From: Bacilli bacterium
Lineage (GTDB): Bacteria; Bacillota_I; Bacilli_A; RF39; UBA660
Length of the DNA: 63,140 bases
Assembly (NCBI GenBank): GCA_017938725.1
Contig: JAGBAW010000010.1
Span: 1 to 63,140 of the forward strand
Direction: 5' to 3'
Position 1 is the stretch's first letter; each line of letters opens with the position of its first letter. The notes below the pieces were generated by a model. That model made no database searches. It saw only the letters and a list, made by a program, of their open reading frames with translations, and was not told the origin of the DNA. This document shows positions 21,211 to 33,106 of the stretch, piece after piece. Position numbers and translations under genes: made by a program.

Positions 21211-23235
21211 ATGAATAAAAATAACTATAACTCAAATAAAAGATTAATTGTTTTTTCTATATTAATAATGGTATTTTTTATCGTAATTTCATTAAAACTT
21301 GTAAGTGTTCAAATATTAAATAAGGATAAGTATATAGAGTCATTAGAATCACTTACAGTTGATGAAGTTTATTCAACATCAACACCAAGAGGAAGGATAT
21401 ATGATAGAAATTATAATTTGCTTGTAGATAATGTAGGAGTAAAAACTATATATTATAAACGAAAAAGTGGCACAACTACGAAAGAGCAAATAAAACTTGC
21501 ATATAAACTTTCAGAAAATATTGATATTGACTATTCAAAATTAGATAAAATAAACCTAAAAGAATTTTATCTAGCAAATAATAAAGAATTATGTAATAAT
21601 AAAATAACTAAGAAGGAAAAAGAAGATTTAAAACAAAGAAAGATAACAATAAAAGAGATAAATAATTTAAAGTTAGAAAGAATTACAGATGATGAGTTAA
21701 ATAAATATACTGAGTTAGATAAAAAGGCAGCATATATATACTATTTAATGAACAAGGGTTATTATTATGATGAGAAAATTATAAAAACTTATGCAAGTGA
21801 TTTAGAATATGCATATGTTGCAGAACACATATCAGAGTTAAACGGCTTTAATGTCAAATTAGAATGGGAGAGAAAATATTTATATGGTGATACATTTAGA
21901 AGTATATTAGGTAATATATCAACCAGCGAATCAGGTATACCATTTGAATTAAAAGATAAATATCTATCAGAGGGCTATTCATTAAATGATAGAGTAGGTG
22001 TTACTTATCTTGAATATCAATATGAGTCATTATTAAAAGGTGATAAGGTTAAGTATTTATTAAATGATGATAATTCATATACTATTTTAGATGAAGGTTC
22101 AAGAGGACATGATATAGTTTTAACAATAGATATAAATATGCAAAAACAAATAGAAGAAATACTTGAAGAAGAAATAATTAATGCTAAGAAAAATAATTTA
22201 TATACAACTTATTATAATGGATCACATGTAATTATAACGCAGCCTAATACAGGAGAAATACTTGCCATGGCATCTAAACAAATAATATCAAAAAATGGTG
22301 AATATAAAATATATGATAATACACCAGCACTTTTAACAAATCCAGTTACACCAGGATCTATAGTAAAAGGTGCATCTATGACTGTGGGATATAAAACTGG
22401 TGCAATTAATATAGGCACTACTATGTTAGATGAATGTGTAAAAATTCAAAATACTCCTGCAAAATGTTCATGGACAAAAGGACTTGGTTATCTAAATGAT
22501 ATAAGGGCACTATCTTATTCATCAAATGCATATCAATATAAGATAGCAATGAAAGTGGCAAATGCAAATTATTATTATAATGGTCCTCTAATAATTGATG
22601 AGTCTGCTTTTGATACATATAGAAATACATTTTTAGAGTATGGCCTTGGTGAAAAAACAAATATTGATTTACCTGTTGAATCTTATGGTTATAAAGGGAC
22701 AAGTAAAAATCCTGGTCATCTACTTGATTTTGCAATAGGACAATATGATACATATACTCCAATTCAAATTGCAAGCTATATAAATACTCTTGCATCAAAT
22801 GGTAATAAGTATCAGCTTCATCTTTTAAAAGAAGTTCATCAAAAAACAAATAATGAAGAAATAGGAAAAATAACTCAAAAGATTGAACCAAAATTACTTG
22901 GTACAGTAAATTTAGAACAAAAATATAAAGATAGAATAAAATTAGGATTTGAATCTGTTATGAAATCATTAGGATATGGATATATGGGAAATGTAAAAGA
23001 ACCTGCAGGGAAAACAGGAACAGCAGAGAGTTTTTATGATTCAGATGGTGATGGCAATATTGATGTTCCAACAATATCAAAAGGATTTATTGGTTATGCA
23101 CCTAGTAATAATCCAAAATTCTCAATTGTTGTACTTTCTCCTAATGTAAGATATGGATCTTCAACTTATACATCACCTGTAAATAGTAAAATAAGTTCAA
23201 GAGTATCAAATAAAGTATTTGAAATTTTGCAATAA
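21211..23235 (+). CDS. penicillin-binding protein 2 / class B transpeptidase (SpoVD/PBP2B-like)
   Basis: N-terminal TM anchor and dimerisation domain. SxxK (GSIVKG), SSN and KTGTA motifs. Confidence 0.8.
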   Translation: MNKNNYNSNKRLIVFSILIMVFFIVISLKLVSVQILNKDKYIESLESLTVDEVYSTSTPRGRIYDRNYNLLVDNVGVKTIYYKRKSGTTTKEQIKLAYKLSENIDIDYSKLDKINLKEFYLANNKELCNNKITKKEKEDLKQRKITIKEINNLKLERITDDELNKYTELDKKAAYIYYLMNKGYYYDEKIIKTYASDLEYAYVAEHISELNGFNVKLEWERKYLYGDTFRSILGNISTSESGIPFELKDKYLSEGYSLNDRVGVTYLEYQYESLLKGDKVKYLLNDDNSYTILDEGSRGHDIVLTIDINMQKQIEEILEEEIINAKKNNLYTTYYNGSHVIITQPNTGEILAMASKQIISKNGEYKIYDNTPALLTNPVTPGSIVKGASMTVGYKTGAINIGTTMLDECVKIQNTPAKCSWTKGLGYLNDIRALSYSSNAYQYKIAMKVANANYYYNGPLIIDESAFDTYRNTFLEYGLGEKTNIDLPVESYGYKGTSKNPGHLLDFAIGQYDTYTPIQIASYINTLASNGNKYQLHLLKEVHQKTNNEEIGKITQKIEPKLLGTVNLEQKYKDRIKLGFESVMKSLGYGYMGNVKEPAGKTGTAESFYDSDGDGNIDVPTISKGFIGYAPSNNPKFSIVVLSPNVRYGSSTYTSPVNSKISSRVSNKVFEILQ

Positions 23236-23278
23236 TATGTTATAATTATTATGCTTAAAAAAAGAGGAGGAAGTTATT

Positions 23279-23470
23279 ATGGCAAAAGGAAAAAAGAAAG
23301 ATGCAAGATGTTATGTTGCTTTAGAATGTACAGTTTGTAAATCTGAACTTGGTGTTTCAAAGGAAAACTATTTTGTCGAAAAAAATAAATCAAATACACC
23401 AGAACGTCTTGAAATTAATAAATATTGTCCTACATGTAAAAAACATACAGTTCATAAAGAAAAAAAATAG
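23279..23470 (+). CDS. rpmG: 50S ribosomal protein L33
   Basis: CTVC...[13 protein letters not shown] zinc-ribbon L33 signature; 63 aa. Confidence 0.8.
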   Translation: MAKGKKKDARCYVALECTVCKSELGVSKENYFVEKNKSNTPERLEINKYCPTCKKHTVHKEKK

Positions 23471-23490
23471 GAGTTTTAAAGGAATAAAAA

Positions 23491-24393
23491 ATGAATAAAA
23501 TAGTAATTGTTGGCTCTGGGAATGTTGGTAATTCTTATGCATACTCTTTATTAAACCAAAATACAAGAGTAGATGAGATTATACTTATTGATTTAGATAG
23601 TAAAAAGGCTTTAGGTAATGCCATGGATTTAAGTCATACACTTTTATTTTCAACATCTAAGATTAAAGTTAAAGCAGGTAGTTATATAGATGCAAAAGAT
23701 GCAAGGATAGTTGTAATAGCAGCTGGTGCTAATCAAAAACCAAATGAGACAAGATTAGAACTTATAAATAAAAATAATATAATTATTAAACAAATAGTTT
23801 CAAAAATATTATCTTCAGGTTTTAATGGAATATTCCTAGTTGCAACTAACCCAGTTGATATAATGTGCTACTTGGTAAAAAAGTATTCTAAATTCCAATC
23901 AGGTAAAATAATTGGAAGTGGTACAATCCTTGATACCTCAAGACTAGCTTTCTTACTATCTGATAAACTAAATGTTGACTATAGCGATATACATGCATAT
24001 GTTTTAGGTGAACATGGAGACACTAGCTTTATACCATGGTCTAATTCAAAAGTTGGGCCTATTAATATACAAGATATAATACCAAAAGATGAACTTAATC
24101 AGATAGAAAATAAGGTTAGAAGGCTTGCATATAAAATTATAGATTTAAAGGGTGAAACAAGTTATGGTATTGGGGTTTGCTTAGCAAAAATAACAAATGC
24201 AATATTAAATGATGAAAATGCTGTTTTACCAGTTTCAGTTTTATATGATAAAATGTATTTGAGTATGCCCGCAGTTATTAATAAAAATGGTGTTAAGGGT
24301 GTTATGAAAGTAAAATTAACCCTTGAAGAAAAAGAAAAACTGGAAAAATCTAAAAATGTTTTAAAGCAAATTATAATGAATTTGGAGGAATAA
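23491..24393 (+). CDS. ldh: L-lactate dehydrogenase
   Basis: VGSGNVG Rossmann motif, GEHGDTSF and ATNPVD. Confidence 0.85.
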   Translation: MNKIVIVGSGNVGNSYAYSLLNQNTRVDEIILIDLDSKKALGNAMDLSHTLLFSTSKIKVKAGSYIDAKDARIVVIAAGANQKPNETRLELINKNNIIIKQIVSKILSSGFNGIFLVATNPVDIMCYLVKKYSKFQSGKIIGSGTILDTSRLAFLLSDKLNVDYSDIHAYVLGEHGDTSFIPWSNSKVGPINIQDIIPKDELNQIENKVRRLAYKIIDLKGETSYGIGVCLAKITNAILNDENAVLPVSVLYDKMYLSMPAVINKNGVKGVMKVKLTLEEKEKLEKSKNVLKQIIMNLEE

Positions 24394-24396
24394 ACT

Positions 24397-24957
24397 ATGA
24401 TGATTGATATAAATGATATAAAAAATGGTATGACTATTATTATGGAAGGTAATATATATCAAATAGTTGAGTTTTTACATGTAAAACCTGGTAAAGGGGC
24501 AGCATTTATGAAAACTAAATTAAAAAATTTAAGAACAGGTGCAACTTTAGAAAAAACTTTTAATACGAATATAAAAGTTCAAAAAGCTAATATAAGTAAA
24601 AAGACAATGCAATATTTATATAATGCTGCAGAAACATATTATTTTATGGATATGAATACTTATGAACAAGTTGAGTTAAATGAGGATCAAATTAAGGATG
24701 AAAAGAAGTATTTAAAGGAAAACTTAGAAGTAGAACTTGTATACTTTGAATCAGAGTTAATTGGATTAAATTTACCAGAAAAAATTGATTATATAGTAAC
24801 ATATACAACAGATGCCGTTAAAGGTAATACTTCAACTAGCGCACAAAAAGACGCAACATTAGAAAATGGTCTTGAAATAAAAGTACCATTATTTATAAAT
24901 GAAAATGATGTAATTATAGTATCAACTAAAGATGGTAAGTATGTTTCAAGAAAGTAA
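24397..24957 (+). CDS. efp: elongation factor P
   Basis: VKPGKGAAFMKTKLKNL and the three-domain length (186 aa). Confidence 0.9.
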   Translation: MMIDINDIKNGMTIIMEGNIYQIVEFLHVKPGKGAAFMKTKLKNLRTGATLEKTFNTNIKVQKANISKKTMQYLYNAAETYYFMDMNTYEQVELNEDQIKDEKKYLKENLEVELVYFESELIGLNLPEKIDYIVTYTTDAVKGNTSTSAQKDATLENGLEIKVPLFINENDVIIVSTKDGKYVSRK

Positions 24958-24988
24958 TTGCTTTCTTTTTTTGATATAGGAGGATTTT

Positions 24989-25516
24989 ATGGAAAAATTT
25001 GAATTTGAAAATTTAAATTTAATTGATTTACAGCATCTTGATATATTTTGTGGTTTTTTTGAAAAGTCTGAGGATTTTAAGAATGAACTTATAAAAGTAA
25101 TGAGATTTGATATAGATGATTTTGAATCAGAAGATAATTATATAAGGAATAATCCTCAAAAAAAGGAAAGTATATGTATTGGATTAGAGGGGGATATACA
25201 TGCTCTTTTACTTAATTTATTTCTAAGGACAGATAGTATAAAATTAAAGGATGTTATTAAAAAAATAATAGATGATTTTGGTATAGATTATTTAGATGAA
25301 TATTTATCAAAATGTATATTAAGGAAATCTGAAAAAGATTTTGAAATTATTAATTCACTAATTGAATTGTATTTTTTAAATAGAGAAAATAAATCTAAAC
25401 TTGATAATCATGATAGAGATTATGTAGCATTGATAAATGAATATTATCAAGATTATAGTGCTAGACTAAATAACCAAATTGATAATATAGATGAAATTTG
25501 TAATATTAAATTTTAA
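24989..25516 (+). CDS. hypothetical acidic protein
   Basis: 175 aa ORF behind an AGGAGG RBS; no motif recognised. Confidence 0.5.
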   Translation: MEKFEFENLNLIDLQHLDIFCGFFEKSEDFKNELIKVMRFDIDDFESEDNYIRNNPQKKESICIGLEGDIHALLLNLFLRTDSIKLKDVIKKIIDDFGIDYLDEYLSKCILRKSEKDFEIINSLIELYFLNRENKSKLDNHDRDYVALINEYYQDYSARLNNQIDNIDEICNIKF

Positions 25517-25558
25517 ACTTCATATATTTTATTAGTAGATATATGGAAGGGGAATATT

Positions 25559-26053
25559 ATGATTAATAAACAAAGTATCTGGCTTTTAACATTATTTAGT
25601 TTAATATTAGTATTGAGTGTATATTATATTACAATGCCATCTGAATTCTTAGCTACAGCTAGCAATACAGCAAAGGAAGAAAATAAGGAAGTAGTAAAAG
25701 TAAAAGAAAGTGAAGTTATATCTACTTTAAAAGTGGAAAATAACGAAGAAAGGGAAGAAAAAATAACGGAGCTACAAACTATATTAACATCAGAGTCATC
25801 TACATCAGAAGAAAAAAACAATGCATATGAGGAGTTAAAAACTTTAAATATATTAAAGGGTAAAGAAGAGGAAATAAGTGCTAAAATAACAAACCAATAT
25901 AAACTAGAAAATTTTGTAAAAATAAAAGATGATCAAGTTAGAATAGTTGTTATAAAGGATAAACATGATACTAAACTTGCCAATGAGATAATGAATTTAG
26001 TCCAAGAAAGTTTTGATACTAAAATGTATATATCAGTAAAATTTCAAAAATAA
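25559..26053 (+). CDS. spoIIIAH: SpoIIIAH-like stage III sporulation protein
   Basis: The N-terminus KQSIWLLTLFSLILVLSVYYITMPS closely parallels B. subtilis SpoIIIAH (KQTVWLLTMLSLVVVLSVYYIMSP). An acidic linker and a C-terminal YscJ-like region follow. Confidence 0.65.
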   Translation: MINKQSIWLLTLFSLILVLSVYYITMPSEFLATASNTAKEENKEVVKVKESEVISTLKVENNEEREEKITELQTILTSESSTSEEKNNAYEELKTLNILKGKEEEISAKITNQYKLENFVKIKDDQVRIVVIKDKHDTKLANEIMNLVQESFDTKMYISVKFQK

Positions 26054-26169
26054 CGAAAAGTTATTTTTTATTTTTTTTCATAAAAGAGTAATAACATAAT
26101 TACCTTTTTTACATAAAATAATATGAGTAATTATATATACACCTCTTACTAAAGAAAGTGAGGATTAAA

Positions 26170-26376
26170 ATGAGTAAAGGAATATTAACTAAAAGAGAAA
26201 GAGAAGTATTTGAACTATTAATAAAAAATAATTCTACTAAAGATATTGCAGATAAGCTTAATATTAGTGAAAAAACCGTTAGAAACCATATATCTAACGT
26301 TATGCAAAAGCTTGGTGTTAAAGGAAGAAGTGGGGCTGTAGTAGAACTACTTAGATTAAATGAGATTTCTTTATAA
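26170..26376 (+). CDS. gerE: LuxR-type HTH sporulation regulator GerE
   Basis: LTKREREVFELL...ISEKTVRNHISNVMQKLGVKGRSGAVVELLR is almost colinear with B. subtilis GerE. Confidence 0.8.
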   Translation: MSKGILTKREREVFELLIKNNSTKDIADKLNISEKTVRNHISNVMQKLGVKGRSGAVVELLRLNEISL

Positions 26377-26426
26377 GAAAACTCATTTTTTTTGAATTTC
26401 ATGCATATATTTTTTTAGGTGATAAA

Positions 26427-27353
26427 ATGATAAAAAGATTTTCTATTAAACAAATAGGTAAATATACTATTCTCTTATTAGTAGTCTTTTTATTTTGTTT
26501 GTTTCCAGAAAAAGAAAGTTATACACTTGATAAAAAAGTAAATAAAGAAATATCAATTAATTATCATGATATATTTTTAATAGATAAAAATGGGTATATA
26601 TCAAAAACGAATATACAAATATCCAAGAAAAAAAAGGGAGATATAATTGATGAATTAATAGAAACATTAACTATAAATGGTAAATATCAAGATAAGATTC
26701 CAAATGGATTTAATGCTATCTTACCTGTTGACACCAAATTGCTTGATAAACAGATAGATGATAACATATTAACATTAAATTTTAGTAAAGAATTACTTGA
26801 AACAAAAAAAGAGTTAGAAGAAAAGGTTATTGAATCAATTATTTATACTATGACATCTGTTGAAGGCATTGATTATATAAAAATTAAGATAGAAGGTAAT
26901 TTATTAACAAAACTTCCCAAATCAGGTAAATTACTTGATGAAACACTAGATAGAAACTTTGGAATTAATAAAATGTATAATATTGATAAAATAAAAAATG
27001 TAAAAAAAGTAATAATATATTATTCAAATAAGACAAATGAGGATAATACTTATTATATACCTGTTACTAAATATATAAACAGTGATGAGGATAAGATAAA
27101 AATAATAATTGATGAATTAACTAGTAAGATTTCGTATGAGAGTAATTTAATGAGTTATTTAAATTATAATGCCAAGTTACTAGATTATAGTTTTAATGAA
27201 GATGAGTTAGATTTAAATTTTAATGAATATTTATTTGATAGTGAGGATAATAAAAAGGTATTAGAGGAGGTAATATATAGTATTTCTTACTCTATAATGG
27301 ATAATTATGAGGTTAGTAAAATTAACTTTTATGTAAATAATGAAGAAATTTAA
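26427..27353 (+). CDS. gerM: GerM-domain (GerMN) sporulation/germination lipoprotein-like protein
   Basis: N-terminal anchor and two GerMN-like repeats (..LNFSKEL.., ..LDLNFNEYL..). Confidence 0.55.
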   Translation: MIKRFSIKQIGKYTILLLVVFLFCLFPEKESYTLDKKVNKEISINYHDIFLIDKNGYISKTNIQISKKKKGDIIDELIETLTINGKYQDKIPNGFNAILPVDTKLLDKQIDDNILTLNFSKELLETKKELEEKVIESIIYTMTSVEGIDYIKIKIEGNLLTKLPKSGKLLDETLDRNFGINKMYNIDKIKNVKKVIIYYSNKTNEDNTYYIPVTKYINSDEDKIKIIIDELTSKISYESNLMSYLNYNAKLLDYSFNEDELDLNFNEYLFDSEDNKKVLEEVIYSISYSIMDNYEVSKINFYVNNEEI

Positions 27354-27362
27354 AAATTTACC

Positions 27363-27391
27363 TTGAAAAAATATAAAATATATTGTATAAT
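27363..27391 (+). promoter_or_regulatory. sigma-A type promoter for tRNA-Arg
   Basis: TTGAAA, 17 nt spacer, TATAAT (27386-27391) with TG just upstream. About 27 nt before the tRNA 5' end. Confidence 0.6.
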
Positions 27392-27417
27392 CTATTTGTC
27401 TTTAGAAAAAGGCATGT

Positions 27418-27494
<77 letters not shown>

Positions 27495-27505
27495 TTGGGA
27501 AATCT

Positions 27506-27523
27506 GTTCTAACTTTTTAGAAC
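27506..27523 (+). terminator. hairpin downstream of tRNA-Arg
   Basis: GTTCTAA-CTTT-TTAGAAC followed by TTTAT. Confidence 0.45.
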
Positions 27524-27539
27524 TTTATATACAAAAAGT

Positions 27540-27569
27540 ATCAATTTCAAAAGAAGTTGATATTTTTTT
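27540..27569 (+). terminator. intrinsic terminator
   Basis: ATCAATTTC-AAAA-GAAGTTGAT 9-bp stem followed by ATTTTTTT. Confidence 0.7.
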
Positions 27570-27594
27570 GTGATTAGAGAAAGGACAGATAAAA

Positions 27595-27870
27595 ATGGTA
27601 AGTATAGTTAGTAAAGAATTACACTTTGATGAAGAATTAAAAAAGAAAATAGAATTTATATGCGATTTTTGTAATACTAAACCAACAATTATAAATGGGT
27701 GTATTAAGAATATTAAGCGAACAAATCTCTCATATATAGAACCTCATAGAGTTATTATTAAAGGTATTACATTTCTAGTATTTAACTATTCTAAAACTAT
27801 TTATATTGGGAATTTAAGAAATAGTATTGAAATAAAAGATTTAGAAAGTTTTATTAAGTCATTAGATTAA
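27595..27870 (+). CDS. hypothetical protein (island-proximal)
   Basis: 91 aa ORF. Its first ~14 codons and upstream region are duplicated at 37146. Confidence 0.4.
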   Translation: MVSIVSKELHFDEELKKKIEFICDFCNTKPTIINGCIKNIKRTNLSYIEPHRVIIKGITFLVFNYSKTIYIGNLRNSIEIKDLESFIKSLD

Positions 27871-27935
27871 ATCTATTAAAATAATCAACTTCTTTCAAAA
27901 TCGCCTTAAAATAGGCAAAATTTGGCAAATATGTC

Positions 27936-27963
27936 TTGACTTTAGAATTGAAATATCTATAAT
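27936..27963 (+). promoter_or_regulatory. promoter of the recombinase leader
   Basis: TTGACT, 16 nt spacer, TATAAT. Confidence 0.5.
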
Positions 27964-28003
27964 AAGTAGCCAAGAAACAAGTTTTATGTTTTTGGGGGTT
28001 AAT

Positions 28004-28078
28004 ATGAAACGAAGTTTAAATTATATTAATACAACTTATTTAGATTTTAAGAGGTGTCAAAGGCATAAAAATATTTAA
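28004..28078 (+). CDS. putative leader peptide (24 aa) upstream of the serine recombinase, not in ORF track
   Basis: GGGGG RBS, then ATG MKRSLNYINTTYLDFKRCQRHKNI. Its last codons form the 5' arm of the 28051-28095 hairpin. Confidence 0.3.
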   Translation: MKRSLNYINTTYLDFKRCQRHKNI

Positions 28079-28100
28079 TGTGTCTTTGTCACCTCTTTTT
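28051..28100 (+). terminator. terminator/attenuator hairpin in the recombinase leader
   Basis: GAGGTGTCAAAG...CTTTGTCACCTC (one mismatch) followed by TTTTT, about 35 nt before the recombinase ATG. Confidence 0.55.
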
Positions 28101-28128
28101 AGGTTTCAAAGATAAAAAGGAGGATTAG

Positions 28129-30054
<1,926 letters not shown>

Positions 30055-30059
30055 AAAAA

Positions 30060-30235
30060 TCTCATGTAGTTTTAATGCTTTACGAAGTTTAGCATTATTA
30101 CAAAATAAGACAGGTAGATTCTAAGGTTGCCTAAACCTTAGCCCCCAGATTTTGATGTTTGCGTCAAAATCTATAGGGGGTTAGAGATTTTGACAAAGCA
30201 AAATTACCCTACTATTCATAGTAGGACTCTAATAT
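30060..30235 (+). other. putative oriT (cluster of inverted repeats upstream of the relaxase gene)
   Basis: Hairpins TAATGCT/AGCATTA, CTAAGGTT/AACCTTAG, CCCCCAGATTTTGA..TCAAAATCTATAGGGGG and CCTACTAT/ATAGTAGG, plus a direct repeat of AGATTTTGA. The position is typical for a MobV oriT. Confidence 0.45.
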
Positions 30236-30256
30236 ACAAAGGGTGATTATAGAAAT

Positions 30257-31603
30257 ATGGAAAATAAAGAAGAATTATCTTATTCATTGCATTTAAGTAA
30301 TGATAAAAATAAATCAAAGAAAGCAAGAAGAAGTGTAAAAAATACTGAAACTGGTACTACTTCTTTATCTAATAATGCAATACAAAATCATCAACAATTA
30401 TCAAAAGTTGATAAACATAATTTACGAAAATATGATGATGATAAAGAATTGATTTGTACGATTAAAGGGACTTCTTCTATTGTAGAAGATACTAAAAATT
30501 TGTATTTGAAATTGTTTGAAGATGCACGAATTAAATACAATGAAAAGCAAACTAGAAATGATAGAAAGATAGAAAACTATTTTAATCATATCTCAAATGA
30601 TAACAAAAGAGATCTTGCTTGTGAGATTATTATTGAACTTGGAGATATGGATTTTTGGGTTAATAAAGATGATAAATTTAAACATAAAATGGTAGAAGTT
30701 TTTAAAGAACAAATAGCAGATTTAGAAGAAGTTGTACCTAATTTTAAAATAGCAAATGCCACCATTCATTTTGATGAATCTAGTCCACATTTACATATTG
30801 TTGGTGTACCATTTAAAGATGGAATGAAAAATGGTATGGAAAAACAAGTCGGTAAATCTGATGTGTTTAATAAAATAAGTTTAGTCAATATTCAAGATAA
30901 AATGAGAGAGTATTGTATTAATTCATTTAATAGAATTTATCATTTAAACTACACTCTTAAAGTAAAAGAAGAAGGTAGAAATGTTGATATAAATGTTGCA
31001 AATATGAACGAATATAAAAAGTTTAAAAGAGAGCAAGATAAATATAAAAAGCAACTTAAAGAATTAAATAATAAAACAAATGAATTACAAAATAAATCTA
31101 ATGAGATTAATGATATTATTGACAATTTAAGACCTACAATAATGAATAAAAATAACTATTCTATTTCAAATGAAGATGTTAATAAAATCAAAAAGTATAT
31201 AGAGCAAACCAATGATACTACTTCTAATTTAAGAGATGCAAATGATATAAATATTATCTTAAAAAAATATGAGGATGACTTAAGAGAACACTCTAATGAA
31301 GTTAGAAATTTGAAAAAGAAAATCAAAACTCGTGATGATAGAATTGAAGAATTAGAATATGATTTGAATGATGCAAATGAAACTATTGATGAATTAGAAG
31401 ATAAGGTATCAGAATTACAAAAAATAGTTGATTACTTTAAAGAGTTATGGAATAAATTTATTTTATTCTTAAAAGATAAATTCTTCTCTACAAATAAGTA
31501 CGATGAATTCATAAATGATTTATATGATGAAGATATACTTGATGACAATGATATTGATCTAATTCAAAATAATTCAAAAAATAAAGATGATTTTGAGAGA
31601 TAA
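30257..31603 (+). CDS. MobV-family (Mob/Pre) relaxase
   Basis: VDKHNLRKYD (HxxR motif) and IHFDESSPHLHIVGVP (HxDE..PHxH motif). Long coiled-coil C-terminus. Confidence 0.8.
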   Translation: MENKEELSYSLHLSNDKNKSKKARRSVKNTETGTTSLSNNAIQNHQQLSKVDKHNLRKYDDDKELICTIKGTSSIVEDTKNLYLKLFEDARIKYNEKQTRNDRKIENYFNHISNDNKRDLACEIIIELGDMDFWVNKDDKFKHKMVEVFKEQIADLEEVVPNFKIANATIHFDESSPHLHIVGVPFKDGMKNGMEKQVGKSDVFNKISLVNIQDKMREYCINSFNRIYHLNYTLKVKEEGRNVDINVANMNEYKKFKREQDKYKKQLKELNNKTNELQNKSNEINDIIDNLRPTIMNKNNYSISNEDVNKIKKYIEQTNDTTSNLRDANDINIILKKYEDDLREHSNEVRNLKKKIKTRDDRIEELEYDLNDANETIDELEDKVSELQKIVDYFKELWNKFILFLKDKFFSTNKYDEFINDLYDEDILDDNDIDLIQNNSKNKDDFER

Positions 31604-31675
31604 TATAGGGATAAAGTTGCATAAAGCCACCTTTTGTGGTAATATATACAACAATCAAAAAAAGGGGTGTTTTGG

Positions 31676-32380
31676 ATGATAACAAAGTTACAAGATATGA
31701 AATGGAAACTACATAATTATAAATCAAAACAATTATTAATATGGGGACTGAAAAATGGTTATATTGCACCTTATGATGATGCTTTAATAGAAAAGTTAAG
31801 AAATATTTATGATGGGGGAATTCCAGCATCAATATTATTATTATCAAATGGTATGTCTAATGGACATTGTTATGATAGAGCATTATTAATGGCTAGGGCA
31901 TTCCTAGATGAAGAGGATGATGTTCAACTTGTATATGCAACAATAGATAGTTTAAAATTAAATCCACAATTTGTTGATCGTGATGATCCGTTATTTGCAG
32001 ATCATTGTATTGTAGAAAGAATTGCAAAAAATGGTCAACATATTATTTATGATACTTCGTCTGGTTTTGCTTATGATAAAAAATTATATTGGTTAATGGA
32101 ACATCCAAAAGTTAGACATATAAATGATAAAAATTCTATAATGGAATTTGTTAAATCTGATGAGTATTATCATCCAGAAGATATTGAAAGAGATAAATAT
32201 GCTTCTCCTTTAATATTACCAATGATTGAAATGTCTTATGGAAGACCGACAGAAATGTATTCTCATTTAGGAATAGAATTATTGCAAAGAGAAATAGAAC
32301 ATTTTAAAAAAGTAATCAATTATGATGGTGTATGTCAAGAAATAGATGAAGATATGAAAAGAATGGGGTTGAAAAAATAA
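31676..32380 (+). CDS. transglutaminase-like (Cys-His-Asp) fold protein, paralog 1
   Basis: GHCYDRALLMARAF (Cys), ADHCIVE (His) and IIYDTS (Asp) align with paralog 2. ATG 31676 follows an AAAGGGG RBS. Confidence 0.45.
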   Translation: MITKLQDMKWKLHNYKSKQLLIWGLKNGYIAPYDDALIEKLRNIYDGGIPASILLLSNGMSNGHCYDRALLMARAFLDEEDDVQLVYATIDSLKLNPQFVDRDDPLFADHCIVERIAKNGQHIIYDTSSGFAYDKKLYWLMEHPKVRHINDKNSIMEFVKSDEYYHPEDIERDKYASPLILPMIEMSYGRPTEMYSHLGIELLQREIEHFKKVINYDGVCQEIDEDMKRMGLKK

Positions 32381-32381
32381 T

Positions 32382-33074
32382 ATGTTTGATAATATTAAAA
32401 AAGGATTATATTTTAGCAAGATGCAACTTTTATTAAAAAAAGGTGTAGAAGATGGTAATATTCTACCTTTTGATGAGGAATTTTACGAAAAAATGAGTCA
32501 TACTTATATTAGTTGTTTGCCAGTATCTATACACATGAAATATTTAAAACCTATAGTTGGACCAGGTAAATGTTATGATAGAAGTTTATATATGTTTTTT
32601 TGCTTTCCTAATGCAGTTTTAGTTCGTGGTGATAATAAAGATTTAGAATTAAGATATGGGAAAGAAAATGCTGGTCATGGTTGGATTGAAATGAATGGTT
32701 ATTGCTATGACCCGACACTATTACTTAGATTTAAAAAGGAAACTTATTACGAAATATATAAACCTTACAATATTTCTAAAACTACCACAGAAGAATATAA
32801 AAATTGTTGTGATTCTAATAAACAATTTTATGAAGATATAGTGAATACTGAATTAAGTGATTTTCAACCTAATGGAAGAAAAAGAACGGATTTATGTGTG
32901 ATGATTCCTTTAGTTAAAGGAATTGCTGAAATGGGAACTGACGATAATTTTAAAAAAGAACTGGATGATTATTTGAAATTAATTCAATATGATGAAAGGC
33001 AAGTTTATGAAGAAATGAATCAAGTATTCCAAAAATGTTTAGAAGAAGAATCAAAAAAATCTAGAAAAATGTAG
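32382..33074 (+). CDS. transglutaminase-like (Cys-His-Asp) fold protein, paralog 2
   Basis: GKCYDRSLYMFF and AGHGWIEMNGYCYDPT resemble the transglutaminase-core pattern C...HaWvE..gW..fDpt. Confidence 0.45.
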   Translation: MFDNIKKGLYFSKMQLLLKKGVEDGNILPFDEEFYEKMSHTYISCLPVSIHMKYLKPIVGPGKCYDRSLYMFFCFPNAVLVRGDNKDLELRYGKENAGHGWIEMNGYCYDPTLLLRFKKETYYEIYKPYNISKTTTEEYKNCCDSNKQFYEDIVNTELSDFQPNGRKRTDLCVMIPLVKGIAEMGTDDNFKKELDDYLKLIQYDERQVYEEMNQVFQKCLEEESKKSRKM

Positions 33075-33106
33075 AATAATTTTTTAGAATAGTTTATAAT
33101 TAATTT

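Noticed and set aside
22212-22891. A 156-aa and a 68-aa minus-strand ORF inside the PBP gene.
   Set aside because: The PBP frame carries the SxxK, SSN and KTG motifs. The antisense products are low-complexity (His/Tyr/Leu/Gln-rich) and lack an RBS.
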